DNA of 62,462 nt, filler included, from Hausera hauseri (Eukaryota): the NCBI GenBank assembly GCA_046269625.1. It is 12 parts of 12 records of this genome, joined end to end, with 100 filler letters (N's around TTAATTAATTAA, not from the genome) between each part and the next. Parts side by side here need not be neighbours in the genome. Positions count along the whole stretch, not along the records: positions 46,499 to 51,110 come from JBJURY010504464.1; positions 51,211 to 55,401 come from JBJURY010710769.1; positions 55,502 to 62,462 come from JBJURY010048108.1; 9 more parts are not named here. One strand, written 5' to 3'. The translations under genes and the position numbers were made by a program. Below the pieces are notes generated by a model that was not told where the DNA came from, made no database searches, and saw only the letters and a program-made list of their open reading frames with translations. Positions 49,849 to 61,903 of the stretch are shown here, one piece after another. How positions within the stretch are numbered: position 1 is the stretch's first letter; every line of letters begins with the position of its first letter.

Positions 49849-49959
49849 CTAAAATCAACCAATTATTTGAGGATCACAATTAAAAAACTCACCACTCGTT
49901 GAAGTGATTTCGGAAATAGTGAAATATATTTCCATATCACCACGTACTGTCTCGCTTAT

Positions 49960-51005
49960 TGATTGCTTTTAATGCACTTTTGTTATAATGCATGAACTAA
50001 AATAAATACGCGGCGGCGCCAAAATAAAATGGGTTTTCGACCATGGGGAATCGAATGTCGTCATTAGTTTCTTTGAATAATGCATGCTTAACCGAGTTTT
50101 CTAGTTCGAATAGCTAAGTATTCGACTTGTAAGTGAATTCGAATACCTGATGCCATATTCCAATTCAACATTTATGATTTCTTATCCCGTCCCACTATTA
50201 GATTTATTGATTTCCGCTTCACTAGGCTTTAAATGCAGATATTGCTTAATTCGAAATATTTATTTTATGCATACATAGTACATTTTTATGGAATAATTTT
50301 TATGCACAAGGGGGTTTTCGAATATGAGGAATCGACTCTCGATGTTAGATTTTTCGAATATTTCGATATTCGAGCCAAAAAATATTCGAATTTTGAATAT
50401 TTGACTCTAGATTCAAGATCACCATAGTCGATGTCCTATCTGTTCCCGCTCAATGTTATATTGAATTTTGTTTCCTTAGGACATAAAATACCTTTGGGAT
50501 GTCTGGTCCAGTTGCACTTTGGATCGATATTAATTGAAAACTAATCGATAAATTTAAATTCTAACTGCACGTTCATATACTGCACAATGTTTGTGTTCAA
50601 ATGCACCCGGTCACATGTCCCAATCATCAATATTGGAAATATCGGAAATCCGATATCATTGATTTTTGCACACTTGCACACGTGTTTTTGCACTGCACAG
50701 TACATATCAAGGTGCAACTCGAGGTGCTCTATCTATCTGCACTTGACCCCGATCGATTTCATTAATCCTACGCTGCACAATGACCAAAATGAGAAAAGTG
50801 AAAAAGCGCCTTGCAACCGTATCCAAGAGAACACCTCACTCGAGTATTGCACTGATCGAAAGTATATCAAGTACTGCACCTAACAGTACATGTGTCATAT
50901 TGATATTATTGATTTTCAATTTATGCCGTAAACGCCTTTGGGAAATCTGGCCTACTTGGCAATTATTTGAAAACCAATCAATATATCTAAATTTTAACTG
51001 CACTT
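49960..51005. repeat. Polinton subterminal non-coding region
   Basis: Colinear with 60480-61525; rich in TTCGAA, ATCGAT and TGCA palindromes. Confidence 0.8.
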
Positions 51006-51110
51006 GGTGCCGTGCCAAAATAACTAATATTAGTGTGGTGCCAACATTGCCCCACACAGAAGTAGCAGTATTGCTTTTACGTCACGACTTTGTCATACCG
51101 GAGATATACA

Positions 51111-51210
51111 NNNNNNNNNNNNNNNNNNNNNNNNNNNNNNNNNNNNNNNNNNNNTTAATTAATTAANNNNNNNNNNNNNNNNNNNNNNNNNNNNNNNNNN
51201 NNNNNNNNNN
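51111..51210. other. Artificial contig spacer
   Basis: Same linker. Confidence 0.99.
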
Positions 51211-53166
51211 ATATTACTCCTGTTTAAGAAAACATGTTGCCATTATACGCTAGTTAAGGATTTTTCGATATTTTATTTTGTTCCGGAGATATTGCCGGGT
51301 TTATCCGGGAAAATTCCGGATTTTTTGTTCAAAACTTGTCACACGCGGATTTCGAAAACGGTTAAAGATATTTTAACAAATTTAGTGGCGTATAGAAGCC
51401 CTTAGGGTCCCATTAAACGATATTGAACAATTTTTCGATAACTTTCATTGTTCCGGAAATATCCGTAGAACAATCCGGAAAAAAGGAACATTTTTTAAAA
51501 AATTGAAACGCATATATCAATGTAACGACTGAAGATAGAGAAAAAATTTAAGCGCCAAATTAAATGTCTTATAATTGCTGAGTTTATTGTTACTAATTAT
51601 TTTTTTACAGCTTTTATGGTTCCGGAGATATGCGACGATATGTCCCGGAAATATATTTTTTTTAAATTTCTAAATTGTCACACACGGATTTGGAAAACGG
51701 TTACAGCTATCATTACAAAAATGATGTCATTTGAAAGCCCTCAGGCTCCCATTAAACGCTATTAAACATTTTTTTGATATTTTTTACCGTTCCTGAAATA
51801 TCGGTAGAGAAATCCGGAACAAAATAACCATTTTTGAAACATTGAAACCCACAGATCTCTGGAACAAATAAAGTTATATAAAAAATGTTAGTGCCATTTT
51901 ACGGGCCTTAGGATTCCTAACAATGTTGTCATTCAAAAAATTTCAATAGCTTTTACCGTTCCGGATATACGCGACGCTTAGTCCCGGAAATATACTTTTA
52001 TAATTATATAAATTATAACACACGGATTTCGAAAACGGTTAGAGGTATCTTGATAAGTTTTATGTCTCTTGAAAGCTCTTAGGCTCCCATTATATGCTAT
52101 AAAACAATTTTTCGATTACTTTTACCGTTCCGGAAATATCGGATAAAAAGTCCGGAAAAATGAAAAATTTTCTTTTAAGAAATGAAACGCAAAGATCTCT
52201 GCAATGACGAAAGATATAGAATACATTTTAGTATCAGTTTACTGGCCTAGTGAATCCCAACAATGTTGTCATCCAAAAAATTTAAATACTTTTTATCGTT
52301 CCGGAGATATGCGACGATTTGTCCCGGAAATATATTTTTATAATTATCTAAATTGTCACAGAGAGATTTCGAAAATGGTTTTAGATATTATCACATTATT
52401 TATGCCTTTAAAAAATCCCCTTTGCACCTATTAAACACTATTAAATATTTTTTCGATAAATTTTTACCAATCCGGAATTATCAGTAGAGAAATACGGAAA
52501 AAAGTAACATTTTGGTTTGAAAGTTGAAACGCGAATATCTCGGCAACGGCAAGAGATATCGAACTAAATTTAGTGTCATATTAATCCCCTTTTAATTTCT
52601 AACAATGCTGTATCAAATTGTTTTCTATAGCTTTTACCGTTCCGGAGATAATTGAAGATTTGTCCCGGAAAATAGTCACTCGGGAATTTCGAAAATGGCT
52701 AAAGATTTCATCCCAACATTTTATGTTATTTAAAAGCCCTTATGTTTCTATTAAATGATATTAAACAATTTTTCGATAACTTTTACCATTCCGGAATTAT
52801 TTAGAAGACAAATACGGAAAAAAGTAACATTTTGGTTGGAAAGTTGAAACGCAAATATCTCGGCAACAGCATGAGATATCGAACTAAATATAGTGTCCTA
52901 TTAATGCCCTTTTAATTTCTAACAATGTTTTGTCAATTTTTTTTTTCAATAGCTTTTACCGTTTCGTAGAAACGCAACGATTTATCCCCGGTAATGTCCC
53001 GGGAAATAGTCACACACGGATTTCAAAAACTGTTATAGATATCATCAGAATATTTTTGTCGTTTAAAAATTGTAGTCCCGTTCATTTAAGACGAATTCTC
53101 CTGAAATTTTTTATAGTGTGAAAAGTGTAAGAAAGGTTGGATCTCACATTCATGTGGATTAAGTGG
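51211..53166 (+). mobile_element. Non-autonomous Helentron-type element (HINE/DINE-1-like) copy 1, with about 339-bp internal tandem repeats
   Basis: gtcacacacggattt-like anchors at about 51338, 51677, 52016, 52354, 52675 and 53009; 3' subTIR AGTGTAAGAAAGGT (53124-53137), then hairpin ATCTCACATTCATGTGGAT (53141-53159). Confidence 0.75.
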
Positions 53167-53905
53167 TTTTACCTTTCTTACACTAAGTAAGAAAGGTATA
53201 GGAATAGCTCGGAAAACCGACTTTTTAACGGAGGCTCGGAGGACCCCCAAACTTATACAGATCGACTCAGCTCGTCAAACTGAGCAAATGTCTGTGTGTG
53301 TGTGTGTATGTCTGTGTGTGTGTGTGTCCGTGTGTGTGTCCGTCTGTGTGTGTGTGTCAGATAGTGACCAAATTGTCACACACGGATCTCAGTTAAGGTT
53401 CAACCGACTTAAATGAAATATGATTCCTTTTTAAGAAAACAGGTTCCCATTATACGCTATTTAAGGATTTTTCGATATTTTATTTTGTTCCGGAGATATT
53501 ACTGGGTTTATCCGGGAAAATTCCGGATTTTTTGTTCAAAACTTGTCACACACGGATTTCAAAAACGATTAAAGATATCTTAACAAATTTAGTGTCGTTT
53601 TAAAGCCCATAGGCTCCCATTAAACGCTATTAAACAATTTTTTGATAACTTTCATCGTTCCGGAAATATTGGTAGAAAAGTCCGGAAAAAAGGAACATTT
53701 TTCTAAAAATTGAAATGCGAATATCTATGTAACAACTAAGGATAGAGAAAAAATTTAAGCGCCACTTTAAGTGTCTTATTATTGCTGAGTTTATTGTTAT
53801 TAAAAAATTTTTCACGACTTTTATGGTTCCGGAGATATAAGACGATTTGTCCCGGAAAAAGACTTTTTTACATTTCTAAACTGTCAAATATGGATTTTGA
53901 AAACG
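53167..53905 (+). mobile_element. HINE/DINE-1-like copy 2 (5' end), head-to-tail with copy 1
   Basis: 5' subTIR ACCTTTCTTACACT (53171-53184) + inverted copy GTAAGAAAGGTA (53187-53198); GT/GTCY microsatellite 53290-53358; 53420 onward repeats 51211 onward. Confidence 0.75.
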
Positions 53906-54379
53906 CCTATATTTATTCCTTTGGATTTGTGCTTTAGCCTGATTTTTTGAATCGGTTAATCGCAATTTGCTTCAGATTTGATGAACTCGACAAGAGTGAA
54001 CTGAATTTAAATACTTCCTGTTCATGAATTTATGTTAATTGAAGCCCTCCCCACTCCTCGTTTTTCCCCTCCTCCCCACCACCCCCTCCCTTCAGCCCTA
54101 AATCTCAGATGTACCTGATTAAAACCGATGGACACCTTCCAATGCTGAAAGGGTCTGTTTCCTAACTTCCAAATATGTCTGAGGAGTGAGGGCTGATATT
54201 TTCTAAGAATGTCATTCACGACAATCTGACTTTACCTAGTCCCCATGACCCTGCTCCTCCGCAAGATACAAACACAGCTCTTCTGGCTCGTACTATACAG
54301 CTGGCGCAATTGTACACGGCTCATCATAGTGATTAGATCTAGCAATAAATGCCTTTATCTAAAGATAATACGGAAAGAT

Positions 54380-54720
54380 CGCAAACTCAGAATTCATACG
54401 AAACTTCCAATTTTAAACTTCAGGCTAAACTTAGTCTTGTTTTTATGGCTCAAGAAACTTGGAAGAACATAAAAACTGCGAACGCAAACTACACACATTT
54501 GTGAACAAAAGCATAAGACAAATACTGTATCAGATGGCGAGACACCATTTCAAATGAAGAGCTAGTAGTGAGGACAGGATAGGAACAAATTATGGTCAGC
54601 ATCAGAAAGAAGAAATGGAAGTGGATAGGACACACTACGCAGAGAGTAAAGTACGACTGTCAGAAAAAGCTTTGCTATGGAACCCAAGGGATAGAGGAAG
54701 TTCGCAATACCTACAGTAAA
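54380..54720 (+). pseudogene. RTE-clade LINE 3' fragment
   Basis: KLHTFVNKSIRQIL..RWRDTISNEEL..IRKKKWKWIGHT..WNPR. Confidence 0.8.
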
Positions 54721-54959
54721 CCCCGAAAAGGACCCTTGACACAAAGATTAATGTATCGTATACATCATGGAACAAAATAAGTATCGACGATTTGGCTCGT
54801 CAGGGGTGGAGAAAACAGTGATGATCCTACGTTCCGCCAATGGATCAAACAGAATGTCATAGTAGTAGCTGTTGAACTACTGACAATTACTGCCATTATT
54901 TTTATCATAAGTTTAAAAATGATTAACAAAGGCCTAGGCACCGGAAACGGATACACGGG

Positions 54960-55401
54960 GCCAAAGTGCCCCTCACCTGGATCCTAGCGACTTCAAACGA
55001 TTATACACACGCAATATTGGCCGCTCTGTCATCCGACATAATACCAGGGAACGGCATATCACGAAGTCACCTTAATATTTTACAGTCATTTGTCTCGAAC
55101 AAGAACCGTCTAGAACACATTTCTTTGCGATCCGTTACAGGCGATACTGTTCGCCGACGTCTATTCTCTATTTGTTTAGAGACATAGACATTTGACACAT
55201 TTTCTTTTAAATATTTATCGCCCTCGGCGTAAGATTCTACAACTCCCAATTGTAGCGTCACTTCTTTAAAATAGTCATGGCATTTCTTTTTATTCATTTC
55301 CTTATAGCTCCTCACAGTGCATATTTTACAGAAGATTCCCGCCTCTATCTCAACATTCGAACGGAGTAAATAAGATCCGAAAACGAGGAGACGGACATGA
55401 A
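54960..55401 (-). pseudogene. Possible hAT (ZMYM/ZNF862-like) transposase remnant
   Basis: IFCKIC; NVYVSKQIEN; PFPGIMSDD. Weak pattern only. Confidence 0.25.
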
Positions 55402-55501
55402 NNNNNNNNNNNNNNNNNNNNNNNNNNNNNNNNNNNNNNNNNNNNTTAATTAATTAANNNNNNNNNNNNNNNNNNNNNNNNNNNNNNNNNNNNNNNNNNN
55501 N
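55402..55501. other. Artificial contig spacer
   Basis: Same linker. Confidence 0.99.
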
Positions 55502-55503
55502 AT

Positions 55504-55737
55504 GTGATTAACACACATTGTGCTAATATACCAGGGGAACACTGGATAGCAGTATATGTATCACCAGATCATATTCAAGTGTTTGATCCACTTGGGATGT
55601 ATTACCCATGATTGCTAGTGACGAAATTTGAACGTATGCTGCAACCCGTCACATACAATGATATTGTGCATAAAAATCTATTGCCATTTCTATGTGGTAA
55701 TTATTGTGTGGACTGGCTTAGACGCCAATGTACATAA
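55504..55737 (+). pseudogene. Polinton adenain-like cysteine protease, C-terminal part with one stop
   Basis: VINTHCANIPGEHWIAVY..VFDPLG..YN..CGNYC (H-D-C triad motifs). Confidence 0.85.
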
Positions 55738-56068
55738 AATTGTTATAAACGTTGTTGTGTTAAAATTTTTTGTTGAAATAATGTTGTCTTATTTATTGAC
55801 TTTGAGGGATTTGTGGACAATAATAATGTATACGTCATAAAGGAACTATGTATAATGCCAGTGGACAATATATTTCATCCACTACATTATGTATTTGTGT
55901 AAGTGAATTTTAGTATAGTACATGTGATGTATGCTATTTTTTGGCCTACACTACATTGTTGTACAAACAAGGCTCAAGCAACAAATGCTTATTTGGCAAG
56001 CCATCATCATAAACTGACTTAGAAAGAATATAATACTCAGTTTTGCAAAGATTGCCTTATGCGAAATA

Positions 56069-56422
56069 TTGGGAATGTGTTATATAACTGAATCCATGTT
56101 TTATGTCAAAGAACAAGTTGATGGGCGAAAGAAGATATTTAATAACACATTTCCAGAATTGCGATTATGTGAATATGAATGTAGCAAATTGGTAGCTATA
56201 CCAAGGAACATTACATGTATTTATCGCGAACATGGTTCACATTGTGCTTATAAAAAGTGTTTAGCCTTATGCCAAAGTTATATTGTTACTAAACAAATGT
56301 GTGTTATGAAATTAGTTGGTCTTAACCTATATAGTAGTTACTTAGTTTTACTTGGCCTTTTCCTATATCCCACATTACTTAATCAAGAAAACAATACGAT
56401 ATTCCTTTATAACATTTATTAA
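56069..56422 (+). CDS. Cys-rich hypothetical Polinton accessory ORF (probably the 3' part of a decayed gene)
   Basis: Lies between the protease and polB; CEYEC, HCAYKKC..C. Confidence 0.3.
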   Translation: MGMCYITESMFYVKEQVDGRKKIFNNTFPELRLCEYECSKLVAIPRNITCIYREHGSHCAYKKCLALCQSYIVTKQMCVMKLVGLNLYSSYLVLLGLFLYPTLLNQENNTIFLYNIY

Positions 56423-56438
56423 CAATGAATAACAATAT

Positions 56439-59400
56439 TTACAGTGCCACATGACCGTGAAGTAGTGTATGGATTCCATCGCTCAGGATCTGATTCTTGC
56501 CATCCATCCAATCTAGGCTTTTCTTATGCAGTGTTACTGTTTGGATGTTATGATTCCTAGATTGGATCCTTCTCATTTCCGATATTATGTGAGTCTGCTC
56601 ATGAAGAACTCTCACATAGTCTTCAAAACAAATCTTGTTGGTTACGGTAGCCCTCTGAACGCCATTGGCTCTCTTTCTGATCTGGCCACATACGTCTAGA
56701 GCATATATTTTGTACCTGAGAGCCACAAATCTCAAGATGACTGTACAATTAACCTTGTCTTTGAGTTTCCCTAGGACTTTTTTATTGACAATTGAATAGT
56801 TGGGATGATCCTTTGGATAGTCCCAGGTATCCACGTGTTGGGCCAATTGGTTAAAGTCCTTATAAATATCATCTGTATGCATCTGATAGACGAAACTATC
56901 AGAATCCGTATATATCAGCTGCATGACTTGAACTTGGGGACCAAGGTCTTTGACAGATCCAATATTGTCATAACCACATATATGGGCTTGTTGAATTGCA
57001 AGGATATTTTTATCATATGGATGCTTACCACGTTCTCAGTATATATGGTGCTGCTACGGACGTTAGGCTTGGCAATGAGCTTCTTTGCCCGCTTCCAGTC
57101 ACATTCTAGTTCAATGTTGATCCTGTTGCGTATATTCTTCACGGTCTTGCCAAAACACTGTTATTATATAGTTTGAATTGATCCTTCTCAAAGTCGTTCT
57201 TGGCATTTTTCCGCAGCTTCGTATTGAGATCTATGTATGACTGCAACCACATGGACTGGCTGAACTGTAGGGCTCTATGGATCTTAGTAATACGAAGTCC
57301 ATATCTAACTTCTTGCTGGAGATTGATGTAGTGGACTACATACCTAACTCTATTACCCAGATGACAGAGCAGCTTTCTATGCTTTCCATGTGGCGGAGGC
57401 CTGCATTCATGGAGGAGAGGCAGCTGTTGATGCCTTGTGTGGATGGAAGCCGAATATTCCATATCTACCTGCAGTATGTATCTCGTATCTCCAGTGGGAT
57501 CTAGGTCCAGTATAGGGATGTTTTCAGGGTGCTGAACGCAATTAAAGTTATCATAAGGCAATGAGACGCTCATTTCCAATCTATACAAGTTGATGACATC
57601 CAAGTATGATATATATGATGATTCCTTTGTTAAGTCGTATTCGGCCATATACTTGTTGTTGGCCTCCTATCCCGGTGAATGGGTTGGCATATTCCGCCTC
57701 TTATGCCTCTCTCAATCATAAGGATCATATCAGAATCCTTAATGATCTGCAGCATAATACCAGTATAGCGTAGTATTGCTGCCCAACTCATTTCTGGAGC
57801 CGTAAAGAAATGAGCTGGATCCAATGCATAACTCTTTATCGTAACATTCCTGAAACTCTCAAACACATCTGTCAGCAGCAGCGTGTCCGTATTGAGGTAA
57901 ATATCACTATATTCCCCTATTGTCATGCACTGGAATATATGCCAAACGTTCTGAGCATGCTCATAGACCTTATTAGTGATATCACAGTCCGATAGCTGGC
58001 TACAAAAACCATCCTTGGGCGGTAAGGAGGTCTCATCGAGTGTTTCCCATGAGGTTATGTAGTCAAAAGGAAATACGCCTTTCCTCTTGAAGAGGTCAAA
58101 TGTAGTGAGGAAGAATCGCTTCGTCTCCTTGAGTTATTCTGCAGGGAGGTTCTTAACTAAACTATGCAGTGAAGACGACATGCAACAAAAGCTGTCTATG
58201 AAACAAAGTCGGATTTTACCGACATGCTTCGTAAATGTGATATACGTCGCCTCACTTTTTGGGATCACATCCATATTACCATCAATGTTGCCTAATTCTC
58301 GCACTGTAAAATGAGAATCATAGCCACTGGGATTATGGAACACTACAGGCACATATGTGCATATTTTGCAGCGAAGATTGCAGTTTTTGCATGCTGTCCC
58401 TCTATATGCACCTGTAAAATGACAGTGATCCTTGACTTCCCAATTTTCCTTGGTGAAGGACTTCTCGCACAAGTAACATGTTGTTGCCTTGCGCCATTCT
58501 TCTTCTTATTTCCACGACATACGTATTGTATCCTTATGCTGCTGCAACATATCGCCAATCCTATGAGCCATGTCTTCAAGTCTCTTCATGAAATGTGCTG
58601 CTACACCTGGATCCCTGAATCCATATGATTCACTGTCCAGTCCATTAGCATACATGCAATACGATGAGAGTACATGATATTGGTATGCCGTTGTGCTGCT
58701 ATGTTGAGGACTGGGGGTGCATGTGTGAACTGGCATGAGAATAGTTTTTAAGTCTCAACAGACGACAATTTGGACCTTGAGCTTCTTTTCGAACCCCTTG
58801 AATTCAATATAGTCCTTGGGGAATTCTGGACTTACACAATAATTGTTGCTGCAGTACATCTTGTTCTCTTCAAGCCTGCGCACTGCAGTATCACCGCAAA
58901 AATAAGACAGGCATCGCTTACAGATCTCAATTTTTCCATGACGATTCGTAATTTGAGATCTTACTAGACGTTTAAAATTCTTTATCCATATGTAATGTTT
59001 CTTTTCTTCATCGTTTAGTAGGAGCAGATCGCCATGATCTTCAAATTCATTATCATATATTTGCATGGGTTAGAATTTATCCTCCTCATCCGATCCATAG
59101 ATGTTAGTTGGTATGCTCTGATTAGATTGAACTTCTTGATTTCATCTAAAGATGGAGGGAATGTGATACAGTAGAAGTCATAGCTGTGCTTCAGATCATT
59201 ATATAGCCAAACTCGTGAAGCATTATGTTGATCAGGTACGAGTTTTGATAGAAGGGCATAAATGAAACACTTGTTGTCATTATTTTGGACATTAATGCAA
59301 ACGTTTTTCTGATGAATCCATTTTGGGAGTTGTATATATGAATTGCCCCGCATGATGGAGATTCTGTACACATGCACACACAGTTTACTGACAGTTGTCA

Positions 59401-60362
59401 GGGTCCATCCGCTCTTGCTACTCTGGCTCTCATTGGCTTCAGTAATCACCTTTGCATGCTCTTCATGCAGCCATTCTACTATATTGGTGGCTTCAAAAAT
59501 AGGCCTATTTCTGGTCTTGAAGGCCCTTTTGGACTCTTCACCATCAACATTGACGTATGTGGCCTCAAATTTTATATTAACCTTAATGGCCTTGAGCTCA
59601 GCTATGTTGTTCTGGAGAATCCCCATTGTTTCTTTTTCTGTGTACTCCAGGAACGCCTTGATTGTTGGTTGACCAGTTGCATCAATGACATATTTGTGGA
59701 CTTTCCTCTTTAATGCTGATGCATTAACTGACAGCTGTCTTCGGCTTTTTGGTGAAGCCGCTACACCTGATTCGCCTGATGCGTTTGATGGACCTGATGC
59801 GCGCATTAGTCCTGCATCTGGATGTACTGTTGCATCTGGCTGTTTACTGCTGCTGCAAGCTGTGATGTTGCAACTGGCTTATGTTCATTAAAGATGATTT
59901 TCTTTGACTTTGATGTGAAGTCAGTCAAGTGATGTTTGTGATCTTCATAAAACTGTATGTATTCTCAATCACATACAGTCTCACATCCTCATCAAATACA
60001 ATAGAGGATCCTATTGAATTTGTGTCCATAATAACTCCTCATGGTATTGTGGCAATTTTGAGGGTTGTGTATTACACATGTGCAATACACATATGAACGG
60101 CATCTTTGATTTTCCTTTAGCATGAAAGTCGTTATTGGCATATTGGTACTGAATATTTGTTTTCCGACTTGGTAAAGGACATCGAGTGCTGTTTATGAAC
60201 ATTGTAAACGTCTTCATAATTGGTTTGGCACACTATCTTACATGTAGGTCATATATAATACTAAACCCTGTTGTACATATGGCTAAAGTATTTCATCTTA
60301 ATACTGTGGCAATTTTCAGGCTTATGGCTTTGAACCAGGCATTCTTTGTAAAGTTTGCACAT
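56439..60362 (-). pseudogene. polB: Polinton pPolB polyprotein (family A), full span, decayed
   Basis: KSGWTL; NNDNKCF; KHYIWIKNFKRL; DHCHFTG.YRG.AC..CNL; SGYDSHF; DSF; RGGIC; YLDVINLY; FKLYNNSV; IYTDSDSF; NKKVLGKLKD. Confidence 0.93.
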
Positions 60363-60479
60363 CTAAAATCAACCAATTATTCAAGGAGCACAATAAAAAA
60401 CTCGCCATTCGTTGAAGTGATTTTGGAAATAACGAAAAATATAGTCATATCCCTATATACTGCCCCGATTATTGATCGG

Positions 60480-61903
60480 TTTTAATGCACTCTTGTTTTA
60501 ATGCATCAATTAAATTAAATACATCCTGGCGCCAAATTCGATTAGGTTTTCCTATATGAGGATTCGAATGACGTTATTAGATTCTTGAAATAATGCATTC
60601 TTGGCCGAGTTTTCGAGTTCGAATAGATAAATATTTGACTTGAAAGCGAGAATTCGAATATCTAATATCATATTCCAATTCGTCATATATGATTTCCTAT
60701 CTGTGTCTGCTTATAGATTTATTTACTTTTGCTTTACTGAGCTTTAAATGCACATTTTGATTAATTAGAAATATTTATTTTATATCTATATAGTACATTT
60801 TCATGGAACAATTTTTCTGCATGAAGGGGTTCCCATATATGAGGAATCGATTGCCGTTGTTAGATTTTTCGAGTAGTTCGAACTTCGATATTCGAGTTCG
60901 AAAATATTCGAATATCTGACTTGAGATTCGAGATCGCCATATTCGACTTCCTATCTGTACCCGCTAATTATAATATCCTATTTTGATTCCTTAGGACCTA
61001 AAAGACCTATGGTAAGTCTGCCTCAGTTGCTCTTTGGATCGATATCATTTGAAAACTAATCGATATATTTAAATCTTAACTGCACATTCATATACTGTAC
61101 AATGTTCTTGTTTGAATGCACTCGGTCACATGTCCTAGTCATCAACATTAGAATTATCGGAAATCCAACATTATTGATTTTCGCACACTTGCACATGTGT
61201 TTTGCATTGCACAGTATATGTGAATGTGCATCTCAATGTGCTCTCTCTACCTGCACTTGGTTCCATTCGATTCTATCATTCCTACCCTGCACAGTGACAA
61301 ATATGTGAAAAGTGAAAAAGTGCCTTGCCAACCGTATCCAAGAGCACACTTGACTTGATTATTTCAATGAATGATAGTACATCAAGTACTGCATCCGTCA
61401 GTATATGTGCTATATTGACATTATTGATTTTCATTTTATAGCGGAAAGGCCTATGGGAAGTATGCCTCAGTTGGCAATTATTCGAAAACCAATCAATCGA
61501 TTTAAATTCTATCTGCACATTCACATAGCACATCATGTGTGCTACCGATTTCACCCGGTCCAGAGTGCTAATCATCAATATTAGATTTATTGGAAATCCG
61601 ATATTTTTGATTTTTGCACACTTGCACATATGCTGCACATCTGCAATGTGCACTTATCGATGCGCACTGATGTGCACTATGGGTTAACGCACTGTCCCGA
61701 TCGATTCGATCAATAGTGCACTGTTAGGCGATCGATTTTTCAAATGTGCAAAAGTGCCCTTAGCAACGCTGCCTAGACGCACCGGTGCTAGGCACTCTAC
61801 GGATCTATAGTGCTCCGGGTGCTCTCTCGATTGGCACATGTGCAATATCGATTGGCACACCCCCTCGGGGGGGGTGGAACAGAACCGCCATTTCTACACT
61901 ACT
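60480..61903. repeat. Polinton subterminal region and TIR ending in ACTACT
   Basis: Internal direct repeat of about 200 bp (about 61005-61205 vs 61448-61635). Terminus ..ctacACTACT at 61903 reads AGTAGT on the other strand, typical of Polintons. Confidence 0.8.

Larger units (their letters stand above)
55502..61903. mobile_element. Polinton/Maverick right arm (protease - ORF - pPolB - TIR)
   Basis: Adenain-like protease + pPolB + AGTAGT terminus on one contig. Confidence 0.88.

Noticed and set aside
51211-53905. CRISPR-like array
   Set aside because: Whole 339-bp units are repeated, with no unique spacers and no cas genes; the ends match a Helentron-type element
4568-55501. Eleven TTAATTAATTAA palindromes inside N runs as a biological repeat, and gene neighbourhoods across them
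   Set aside because: Identical 100-bp artificial linkers. For example, the gag-env ORF (contig 1) and the adjacent integrase (contig 2) cannot be assumed to be one element.
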